IMG/VR virus record: IMGVR_UViG_3300029305_011953
Coordinates: 9,990-73,989 of that record
Direction: 5' to 3' (one strand)
DNA length: 64,000 bases
Source: a virus
Lineage: Duplodnaviria; Caudoviricetes
The translations under genes were made by a program, and so were the position numbers. The notes under the pieces were generated by a model that worked only from the letters and a program-made list of their open reading frames with translations, was not told where the DNA came from and ran no database searches. Position 1 is the first letter of the stretch. Every line of letters begins with the position of its first letter. This document shows positions 17,801 through 25,690 of this stretch, in pieces.

Positions 17801-18872
17801 TGCGGATTTAATCGGTCGTAAAAAACATAGGTTTCCAAATTTGGCGTGTATGAAGATATCCGCTTTTCATAAAAATCAAGGGGACAGCGTAGAACTAAAA
17901 ACAGATTACAACGGTTTATCGGAGTACGACAAAATATATCTGTCAAAGGTATTCACGGACACGGTAGTCCCTAACGAGGTTTTAAGTTTGGAAAATCTTT
18001 CATTCGGCGGGACGGGTTTCTTTTATGATAAAGCACCTCCCTTGCCGGAGGAAGTGGAACATCAAAAGCCAGATTATCACTTGTATGATGCTTGGGTTGA
18101 TGAACAACTTCGTGCCGGTGGTAAAGAGCGCGATTTTTCCTATTACCGTGATTATTCGATAGGTTTCTTAACGAGAGGCTGTTTCCGCAAATGCGAGTTC
18201 TGCGTGAATAGAAATTATAAGCGGGTATTAAAGCACAGCCCCATAGAAGAATTCCTGGATGAAACACGACCGAAAATATGCTTGCTCGACGATAATTTCC
18301 TTGGGTATCCTTGTTGGAAAGAAATGTTGCTTGAATTACAAAGCAGAGGAAAGCCATTCCAGTTCAAACAAGGGTTGGATGAAAGGCTTTTGACCGATGA
18401 GTCGTGTTCCATTTTATTCTGTAGTAAATACGACGGCGATTATATTTTTGCATTCGATAACGTGGCGGACAAGGAAATCATCGAAAGAAAGATTAAACTT
18501 GCACGGAAGTACACGACCGCCGCCTTGAAATTTTATTGTTTCTGCGGTTTCGATCGTGAAGGAAAATGGGATGACGGTTTTTGGCGAGAAGATATTTTTG
18601 ACCTTTTCAAAAGAATAGAAATTCTCGCTTGTTATGGCTGCGTTCCATACGTGATGAGGTACGCTCGATATGTGGAAAGTCCGTATCGAGGGTTGTATAT
18701 TACGATTGCACGGTGGTGCAATCAACCGAATTTTTTCAAAAAGAAAAGTTTGCGTGAATTTGCGGAAGCGAATGGGCGAACAAGTGCTTGTTACAGGTAT
18801 ATGCGTGACTTCGAGAATGCTTTCCCAGAAGTCGCTTTTTATTTGGATATGAAATATTGTCCGTCCAAGTAA
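17781..18872 (+). CDS. Radical SAM protein
   Basis: CxxxCxxC in TRGCFRKCEFC; N-terminal IIDAD...FPNLACMKISAFHKNQGDSV; LLDDNFLG. Confidence 0.8.
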   Translation: MRIAIIDADLIGRKKHRFPNLACMKISAFHKNQGDSVELKTDYNGLSEYDKIYLSKVFTDTVVPNEVLSLENLSFGGTGFFYDKAPPLPEEVEHQKPDYHLYDAWVDEQLRAGGKERDFSYYRDYSIGFLTRGCFRKCEFCVNRNYKRVLKHSPIEEFLDETRPKICLLDDNFLGYPCWKEMLLELQSRGKPFQFKQGLDERLLTDESCSILFCSKYDGDYIFAFDNVADKEIIERKIKLARKYTTAALKFYCFCGFDREGKWDDGFWREDIFDLFKRIEILACYGCVPYVMRYARYVESPYRGLYITIARWCNQPNFFKKKSLREFAEANGRTSACYRYMRDFENAFPEVAFYLDMKYCPSK

Positions 18873-18919
18873 CGGGTTCATATAATTACGAAAGATAAAA
18901 ATTAAAGGATTTACGAAAG

Positions 18920-20926
18920 ATGAATAAAAAACTGACGTTGGGCAGTCTGTTCGACGGGTCGGGTGGATTCCCGTTAGGCGGTCTGCTTGCAGATATTTCT
19001 CCTTTGTGGGCATCCGAGGTCGAGCCTTTTGCTATAAGGGTTACGACCAAGCGGATGCCTTTTGTCAAACATTACGGCGATATTTCCCAAATGGACGGCG
19101 GGAAAATCGAACCCGTGGATATAATCACGTTTGGTAGCCCCTGTCAAGATATGAGCGTTGCGGGAAAGCGTAGCGGTCTTGACGGGAGTCGTTCGTGCTT
19201 GTTTTACGAAGCTGTCCGAATTATTAAAGAAATGAGGAGTGCAACGAATGGAAAATATCCAAGATATGTCGTTTGGGAAAATGTCCCAGGCGCATTCTCA
19301 AGCAACGGAGGCAAAGACTTCAAAGCGGTGCTTGACTCGCTCGTCAGCATCGTCGAAGAGACAGCCGAAGTGCCTTTTCCTGAAAAAGGGGAATGGGCAT
19401 ACGCCGACTGCTACATGGGAGACGGATGGAGCCTTGCTTACCGAGTTCTCGACGCTCAATATTGGGGAGTCCCCCAACGACGTCGTAGAATCTACCTTGT
19501 CGCAGATTTTGGAGGTAGGAGTGCCTGCGATGTATTATTTAAGTCCGAAGGCTTGTCAAGGTATTCTGCGGAGGGCTTCCGTGCGTGGCAAAGAACTGCC
19601 AATCATACTCAAGAACGCTTTGGAACGCCAGGCGTTGGGTTCGATGGATACAACGGAAGCGTAGACGAAAAGGCAGCAACGCTCGGTGTGAATTGCGGAA
19701 TGTCCACAGGCAGGAACGGAGTTGTCCTTAACGACCAAGGCGGAAACAGAATGGACGTAACGGAAGAAGTTACTTGCACCTTAAGAGCGCAAGCACATCA
19801 TCCGCCTGTGGTTATGGATGTCTTTGACAACCACGGAAAGGATGTCCGCTATACGGGGCCTATTGAAATTGCGCCTACGATTTCTGCAACCTATGGAACG
19901 GGAGGGAACAATCAACCGTTTGTCGTGGGTAAGAGTTGGGATGGCAGAGAAGTTTCGCCGACCTTAACCAAGCAAAATGCAGGTGGCAATCAACGAATGC
20001 CCGACAAGGACAATTTTAACTGCGTTCTTCAACCTTACGGTATTTCCGCAAAGGATAGTAATGCAATGAAATCAAGCAATCCCCATAGCGGTATTTACGC
20101 AGCAAAGACATCTCGAACTCTTGACGGCAATGGCGGAAATCCCGCTTGTAATCAAGGTGGTATCGCTGTGGTATGCGTCGACCAAGGTGGCGGAAAGTCC
20201 GCTTGCAACGTGACGGTTGAGAAAACACCAACACTCACTTGCACGCACGGGGGCGAGCCTGCGGTTTGCGTAGAAACTCCCAAAGAAGGTAAAGACCCTG
20301 TATATGCGATGACAACGGGAAGTTATCAACAGGTGGAAGAAGGGCGTTCGCCGACATTAATGGCAAGGGACTACAAAGACCCGAACGCTGTTTGTTACGG
20401 AATAGGCAGAGACACCTTTAACCAAGGAAAGAATGCCAAGTTCTCGCCGACCTTTGAAAAGGAACTTCAACCCACGATGGTCGCAAAGGGGCCTGGGGCA
20501 ATTGCGTATGGGTTCGACCAATGTGCGGACAGGGATGTTGGGGCGTTATTCCTTGAAGAGAAATCAAAAACGCTCACGAACGGCACTTGTCCTGGCTATC
20601 ACAACAGCGTATGCAAAACAGATTATACGGTACGAAGATTAACCCCCGTTGAATGCGCAAGATTGCAGGGTTTCCCCGATTGGTGGTGTCAAAACCTTGA
20701 AACGGAAAAACCGACGGACGAGGATGTATATTATTGGTATAAGGTTTTCGAGACGTATCGTAAACTGACTGGCGAAGGAAAGCCGAAGACCGATAAGCAA
20801 ATCCGCAAGTGGTTGAACTCGCCGCATTCCGATTCCGCAGAGTATAAACTTTGGGGGAACGGCGTGGCTTTACCGTGCGTATTTTTTGTACTTTCGGGCA
20901 TTGAATATTACGCAAAAAAATCTTAA
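18920..20926 (+). CDS. C5-cytosine DNA methyltransferase with a long modular variable region
   Basis: Motif I LFDGSGG, IV FGSPCQD, VI ENVPG, VIII QRRRRI, IX RRLTPVECARLQGFP, X YKLWGNGV. Confidence 0.95.
   Translation: MNKKLTLGSLFDGSGGFPLGGLLADISPLWASEVEPFAIRVTTKRMPFVKHYGDISQMDGGKIEPVDIITFGSPCQDMSVAGKRSGLDGSRSCLFYEAVRIIKEMRSATNGKYPRYVVWENVPGAFSSNGGKDFKAVLDSLVSIVEETAEVPFPEKGEWAYADCYMGDGWSLAYRVLDAQYWGVPQRRRRIYLVADFGGRSACDVLFKSEGLSRYSAEGFRAWQRTANHTQERFGTPGVGFDGYNGSVDEKAATLGVNCGMSTGRNGVVLNDQGGNRMDVTEEVTCTLRAQAHHPPVVMDVFDNHGKDVRYTGPIEIAPTISATYGTGGNNQPFVVGKSWDGREVSPTLTKQNAGGNQRMPDKDNFNCVLQPYGISAKDSNAMKSSNPHSGIYAAKTSRTLDGNGGNPACNQGGIAVVCVDQGGGKSACNVTVEKTPTLTCTHGGEPAVCVETPKEGKDPVYAMTTGSYQQVEEGRSPTLMARDYKDPNAVCYGIGRDTFNQGKNAKFSPTFEKELQPTMVAKGPGAIAYGFDQCADRDVGALFLEEKSKTLTNGTCPGYHNSVCKTDYTVRRLTPVECARLQGFPDWWCQNLETEKPTDEDVYYWYKVFETYRKLTGEGKPKTDKQIRKWLNSPHSDSAEYKLWGNGVALPCVFFVLSGIEYYAKKS
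19248..19664 (+). CDS. Overprinted +1-frame ORF inside the C5 methylase (M.EcoHK31I beta-polypeptide-like)
   Basis: GAGGAG (19234-19239) 8 nt before ATG 19248; 138 codons without a stop; contains STLSQILE...YYLSPKACQGILRRASVRGKELPIILKNALERQA. Confidence 0.65.
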   Translation: MENIQDMSFGKMSQAHSQATEAKTSKRCLTRSSASSKRQPKCLFLKKGNGHTPTATWETDGALLTEFSTLNIGESPNDVVESTLSQILEVGVPAMYYLSPKACQGILRRASVRGKELPIILKNALERQALGSMDTTEA

Positions 20927-20932
20927 AAAAGT

Positions 20933-21030
20933 GTATCAAAATTAAATAAAAAATTATCAAATTATCGCCCAAATTCGCTGGATATAATTCCGTTTTAGAG
21001 GTAATATACCCATACAAAAATCAAAGGAGG
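20933..21030 (+). promoter_or_regulatory. Conserved moron promoter/leader, copy 1 of 3
   Basis: GTATCAAA...ATCGCCCAAATTCGCTGGATA...TTTTAGAGGTAATATAC.CATAC followed by an RBS; near-identical at 22335-22430, core repeated at 42748-42805. Confidence 0.75.
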
Positions 21031-21040
21031 GCGATTGCCT

Positions 21041-21952
21041 ATGAAGATTCATTTCAATATAAGCAGACAGAGCGAAAGAGAACGCTTTGTCGAAGAAATA
21101 ACCAGATGGCTTGGTTATGAGAGAGAAGTAACGGAAGACGGTTTTCTCGTTATTGGTAAGGTTCAAATCGACAAAGAAAACAACCTTATTATTGCCGACG
21201 AGATGGAAGACGAAACGGTGGAGCGTTTACTTCAATTTTTGTACGACGAGGGGTTCGAGAGCGATTTGAGTTATAAATTCGACGATGAACCCCAAGCGGA
21301 CGAAAGTAACGAAGACCCCACCTACGCATTTGAGGATTTCAACTTTGAAGATGTTGATATTACGAAGAATGCAGCCGTGGAAAGAAAGCCTTATGAAAAA
21401 AAGCAAAAGGCAAAAGAAACGGAGGAGCCTACCCAGCCCAAGGCGGTCATAGAACCACCGCAAGAAATAGGATATAGCCTTCCGCCGATCAAAAATGAAA
21501 GCGAGTTTACGAAAAACGAAATAAATCGCAGAAAGGTCTGTGAGTTAAGTGTAACGGAAGCGATATTGCTTGACCTTCGGAACAGGTATAAGGAGGGGAC
21601 GAGAGTGGAGCTTATCAAAATGGACGATAAGCAAGCACCTCCCCTTAAAACGCACGGAACGGTTCGGCACGTAGACGACATAGGAACGATTCATGTTTCT
21701 TGGGACAGCGGTTCATCGCTTGGGGTGGTTTTTGGCGAGGATGATTGCAGACCCCTTGTGACGATGAACGACAGAATTAAAGAACAGATTTTGAAAATCC
21801 GTGCGACGGGTATTACAAATATGTTCGACACCAAGTATGTTCAATGGCTTGCCAACTTCTGCGGATATTTTGAATTGGTTTGTTTTATCGAGGATAATGT
21901 CAGCGATTACGTGAAGTTTATTTGCGAAGGGAGGGTTGGAGATTATGCTTGA
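21041..21952 (+). CDS. Fusion protein: N-terminal phage domain + DUF4314 + DUF5049-like
   Basis: YKEGTRVELIKMDD..APP..GTV.HVDDIGTIHVSWDSGSSL (DUF4314-like) then IKEQILKIRATGITNMFD (DUF5049-like). Confidence 0.75.
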   Translation: MKIHFNISRQSERERFVEEITRWLGYEREVTEDGFLVIGKVQIDKENNLIIADEMEDETVERLLQFLYDEGFESDLSYKFDDEPQADESNEDPTYAFEDFNFEDVDITKNAAVERKPYEKKQKAKETEEPTQPKAVIEPPQEIGYSLPPIKNESEFTKNEINRRKVCELSVTEAILLDLRNRYKEGTRVELIKMDDKQAPPLKTHGTVRHVDDIGTIHVSWDSGSSLGVVFGEDDCRPLVTMNDRIKEQILKIRATGITNMFDTKYVQWLANFCGYFELVCFIEDNVSDYVKFICEGRVGDYA

Positions 21953-22238
21953 GTGGATTACGGTAAAGCTGATGCCCAAGGCTGATGTCATAATTTATCC
22001 CAACGGACGATTTTACTTCACGGGACACGCACAAAAACGGTTAGAATTATATAAAAGTCATTGGCAAATTGTGGAAGATGTGCAAAAGAAACGGCTTGCT
22101 ATGCTTTTCGCTGAATCGGGAAGAGATGCGAGCTTTGGATATACCTGTATTCCGTGCGTTGTAGCAAGGGATTACTTGGGGAAATTTAGATTGCTCCCTC
22201 TGGGGGACAAAGGCTATATTTTAGAGCCGATCGAGTAA
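21945..22238 (+). CDS. Hypothetical protein (moron)
   Basis: Overlaps the previous stop with an RBS; no recognised motif. Confidence 0.55.
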   Translation: MLEWITVKLMPKADVIIYPNGRFYFTGHAQKRLELYKSHWQIVEDVQKKRLAMLFAESGRDASFGYTCIPCVVARDYLGKFRLLPLGDKGYILEPIE

Positions 22239-22334
22239 AAAACGCTTACAGATAGCGGATTCCCAACCGCTAAAACCCCTTTATGGAACAGGGCTGAAAG
22301 GCTCTGTTCCTCGTTATGAAAAAGCGTGATTTTT

Positions 22335-22430
22335 GTATCAAAATTAAATAAATTAATTATCGAATTATCGCCCAAAATCGCTGGATATATATTCGTTTTA
22401 GAGGTAATATACACATACAAAAAACGAAGG
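22335..22430 (+). promoter_or_regulatory. Conserved moron promoter/leader, copy 2 of 3
   Basis: Near-identical to 20933-21030. Confidence 0.75.
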
Positions 22431-22441
22431 AGCGAACAGCT

Positions 22442-22765
22442 ATGAAAAGAAAAATCAAAGTAACAATGGTAAGCAAAGCGGCAAGCGTTATGGATTACAA
22501 CGCACGAGTTGCAAGGGGCGAAGGTACGCAGGTTGAGGTGGTTATCGAAAAGACCATTCGCCTTTCCTTCACGAACTACACGATTTTCGGGGCGAGATTG
22601 CTTGACGAACAGAACTTCATCAGAAACAACCAAGACCTTATGAAAGTGGACGAAGACGGCGTTTGGCACGTAATCAGGGTTACTTGCAAGGACTCGAACC
22701 TTTCGATTTTGGTAAATGCGGAAGGCTACGATTACGCAAGATACTCGGCAACGATTAGAAAGTAA
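22442..22765 (+). CDS. DUF6329-like hypothetical protein
   Basis: LLDEQNFIRNN.DLM.VDEDGVWH..RV....SILVNAEGYDYARYSA pattern. Confidence 0.7.
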   Translation: MKRKIKVTMVSKAASVMDYNARVARGEGTQVEVVIEKTIRLSFTNYTIFGARLLDEQNFIRNNQDLMKVDEDGVWHVIRVTCKDSNLSILVNAEGYDYARYSATIRK

Positions 22766-22776
22766 GGGGGTAGGCT

Positions 22777-23262
22777 ATGAACAGAGAAGAATTGATTACC
22801 TTTATGCTTGGGACAGGCGAATATTCCACGGTCAAGGAAGCGGACAGAGCCATTATGAATAAAATGGCGGAGTTGAAAAGGTCGGGGATGAGCCAAAAGA
22901 ACGCTTGGGAAAGTATGGTTGAATTTATGGAGCTGACCCTTACGCCAAAGACGGATTTGTTTGAAACGAGAGAGCAAGCAATGCAAGGCTGCCTTGCGGA
23001 GAGCGATGTTTGCGCTCGGTTTTCCGAAAAGGCAATAGAACTTTTCCGCCAAGGGAAAATCAAGGAAGGGTTTGAGTGGTACGAGCTTGCGAAAACGGCA
23101 AGCGTATGTGCAATGCAAGCGCACGAAGCCTTGTGGAAAATGGCAAAAGGTGAGTTGACCGAAGACGAGCAGAGAGCCTTTGAAACGGTAGAAAATGCGG
23201 TCGGGAAACTTTTCACGGCAAGGTTCGTTTTGAAAGAAGAATCGAAAAAGGTAGGGTTTTGA
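22777..23262 (+). CDS. Hypothetical helical protein (moron)
   Basis: RBS AAGGGGGT, operonic; no motif recognised. Confidence 0.65.
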   Translation: MNREELITFMLGTGEYSTVKEADRAIMNKMAELKRSGMSQKNAWESMVEFMELTLTPKTDLFETREQAMQGCLAESDVCARFSEKAIELFRQGKIKEGFEWYELAKTASVCAMQAHEALWKMAKGELTEDEQRAFETVENAVGKLFTARFVLKEESKKVGF

Positions 23263-23264
23263 GT

Positions 23265-23489
23265 ATGTGGCTTAACGGAAATCTTACGGTGGACGGAATC
23301 GAATACGAGTATTGGATTAAGGTATACGAAGAACCTTCTTCATTTGGGATTAACGACGGTCGCATTTCAAAACTTTCCCTTTATCGCGGTAAGGTGGAAG
23401 TAGCGAGTTATGACCGTGGTTGGGACAGACGAGCGAAAGACCCCACGGACAAAAAAGCACTCAAACAGATTTTGAATGACAAAAATTGA
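23265..23489 (+). CDS. Small conserved phage protein
   Basis: YEYWIKVYEEPSSFGINDGRISKL...ASYDRGWD pattern seen in clostridial phage morons. Confidence 0.7.
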   Translation: MWLNGNLTVDGIEYEYWIKVYEEPSSFGINDGRISKLSLYRGKVEVASYDRGWDRRAKDPTDKKALKQILNDKN

Positions 23490-23506
23490 CAAAGGAGAGA
23501 AAAACA

Positions 23507-23998
23507 ATGGCAAAAATTTATGGGTTTACTTTGAAAGGGATAGTTAGTTATCCCGACACGGACGGTATAACCGTTCACGCAAACATTTATTACGGCGCAA
23601 AGCGTGTAGGCACGTACACGGATCGAGGTGACGGTTCATATTTCCCCATTATCGATTTTGATGGGGATTTCCAAAAGCGGAAGGAAATGGAAGAACTGCT
23701 TGCGGAAAAGGCAAAGCAATTTTACGAGAGATTCCCTGAAAAACGGGAACTTAAAGAACTTTATTCAGAAGACCAGGAGCTTTTGAATTATCTCGTCGAC
23801 CTTGTGGAAGATGAAAAGGCATATAAAAAGGGAGCGAAAGACGGCTACGGATTTATGTTTTCCTTTGTGAACGAGCAAGGTTATCTGTGCTACATCGGCT
23901 ACCGCACCGAAGAAGAAATGAATAAAGGGTTGGAAAGGCATAAGAACGACCAAATCGTAAAGGTCTACAAAAGCATTTCTGAATTTACGATAGAATAA
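23507..23998 (+). CDS. Hypothetical protein (moron)
   Basis: RBS AAGGAG; followed by a terminator. Confidence 0.65.
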   Translation: MAKIYGFTLKGIVSYPDTDGITVHANIYYGAKRVGTYTDRGDGSYFPIIDFDGDFQKRKEMEELLAEKAKQFYERFPEKRELKELYSEDQELLNYLVDLVEDEKAYKKGAKDGYGFMFSFVNEQGYLCYIGYRTEEEMNKGLERHKNDQIVKVYKSISEFTIE

Positions 23999-24020
23999 AG
24001 GCAAGAAAACAGAATAAGCC

Positions 24021-24054
24021 AAAGGCAGGTATCAAACGATGCTTGCCTTTTTTG
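24021..24054 (+). terminator. Intrinsic terminator ending the moron block
   Basis: AAGGCAGGTATC-AAAC-GATGCTTGCCTT followed by a T run. Confidence 0.7.
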
Positions 24055-24078
24055 TTACAAAAAAAGGGGGGTGGTGTC

Positions 24079-25680
24079 TTGCGAAAGTTGAAAAAATATA
24101 TGCCGACGAAGTTTAAGGCAAAGGACTCCATCTACGATAAAGGGGCGGCGGATTACGCCGTCAATTTTATTGAATGCCTATGCCATACAAAAGGCACATG
24201 GGCAGGGAAGAAGTTTGAACTGATTGATTGGCAAGAGCAGATTATAAGGGATGTGTTTGGTACGCTTAAGCCGAATGGATACCGTCAGTTCAATACGGCG
24301 TATATTGAAATTCCTAAAAAACAAGGGAAGTCCGAACTTGCCGCCGCCGTTGCACTTTTGCTTACGTGCGGTGATGGCGAAGAGAGGGCGGAAGTTTACG
24401 GCTGTGCGGCGGATCGACAGCAAGCATCCATTGTTTTTGAAGTGGCGGCGGATATGGTTCGTATGTGTCCAGCGTTGAACAAGCGAGTAAAAATTCTTAC
24501 GGCAACCAAGCGTATTATTTATCTTCCAACGAACAGCTTTTATCAAGTTCTTTCTGCGGAAGCGTATAGCAAGCACGGTTTTAACATTCACGGTGTTGTT
24601 TTCGACGAGTTGCACACGCAACCAAATCGAAAGCTGTTTGATGTAATGACCAAGGGGTCGGGTGATGCCCGTATGCAACCGTTATACTTTCTGATTACTA
24701 CGGCGGGAACGGACACGCATTCGATTTGCTATGAAACCCACCAAAAGGCAAAGGATATCTTGGAAGGGCGTAAGATAGACCCGACCTTTTATCCTGTGAT
24801 TTATGGTGCGGAGCAAGACGACGATTGGACTGACCCAAAGGTATGGAAAAAAGCAAATCCGTCTCTTGGGATAACGGTAGGGCTTGATAAGGTAAAAGCG
24901 GCGTGTGAATCGGCAAAGCAAAACCCTGCGGAAGAGAACTCTTTCCGTCAACTGCGCCTTAATCAATGGGTTAAGCAAGCGGTGCGTTGGATGCCGATGG
25001 AAAAGTGGGATAAATGTGAAGTGGTTTTTCACGAGGAAGATTTGGAGGGGCGCGTTTGTTACGGTGGTCTTGACTTGTCTTCCACAACCGACATTACGGC
25101 GTTTGTTTTGGTTTTCCCTCCTACGGCGGATGATGAAAAATATTATATTTTGCCGTATTTTTGGATTCCCGAAGAAAATATCCCTTTGCGTGTTAATCGT
25201 GACCATGTCCCGTATGACTTATGGCAAAGGCAGGGAATTTTGGAAACGACCGAGGGCAACGTTGTCCATTACGCCTATATTGAAAAGTTCATCGAAAAAT
25301 TAGGAGAAAGGTTTAATATTCGTGAAATCGCCTTTGACCGATGGGGTGCTGTGCAAATGGTACAGAACCTTGAAGGAATGGGATTCACGGTTGTTCCGTT
25401 TGGGCAGGGATTTAAGGATATGAGTCCGCCGACCAAAGAGTTGATGAAACTCGTACTTGAAGGAAAGCTCGCTCACAGCGGGCATCCTGTTCTTCGGTGG
25501 ATGATGGACAATGTCTGTGCGAGAACTGACCCAGCAGGGAACGTGAAGATGGACAAAGAAAAGTCCACGGAAAAAATCGACGGCGCAGTTGCAACCGTTA
25601 TGGCGTTGGATAGAGCAATACGCTGTGGAAACGATAATTCGGAATCGGTCTACGACAATCGTGGACTGATTTTTATTTAA
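24079..25680 (+). CDS. Terminase large subunit
   Basis: Walker A IPKKQGKSE, Walker B VVFDELH, ITTAG, nuclease GGLDLSSTTD and KIDGAVATVMA; TTG start inferred. Confidence 0.95.
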   Translation: MRKLKKYMPTKFKAKDSIYDKGAADYAVNFIECLCHTKGTWAGKKFELIDWQEQIIRDVFGTLKPNGYRQFNTAYIEIPKKQGKSELAAAVALLLTCGDGEERAEVYGCAADRQQASIVFEVAADMVRMCPALNKRVKILTATKRIIYLPTNSFYQVLSAEAYSKHGFNIHGVVFDELHTQPNRKLFDVMTKGSGDARMQPLYFLITTAGTDTHSICYETHQKAKDILEGRKIDPTFYPVIYGAEQDDDWTDPKVWKKANPSLGITVGLDKVKAACESAKQNPAEENSFRQLRLNQWVKQAVRWMPMEKWDKCEVVFHEEDLEGRVCYGGLDLSSTTDITAFVLVFPPTADDEKYYILPYFWIPEENIPLRVNRDHVPYDLWQRQGILETTEGNVVHYAYIEKFIEKLGERFNIREIAFDRWGAVQMVQNLEGMGFTVVPFGQGFKDMSPPTKELMKLVLEGKLAHSGHPVLRWMMDNVCARTDPAGNVKMDKEKSTEKIDGAVATVMALDRAIRCGNDNSESVYDNRGLIFI

Positions 25681-25690
25681 GGAGGTAAAA

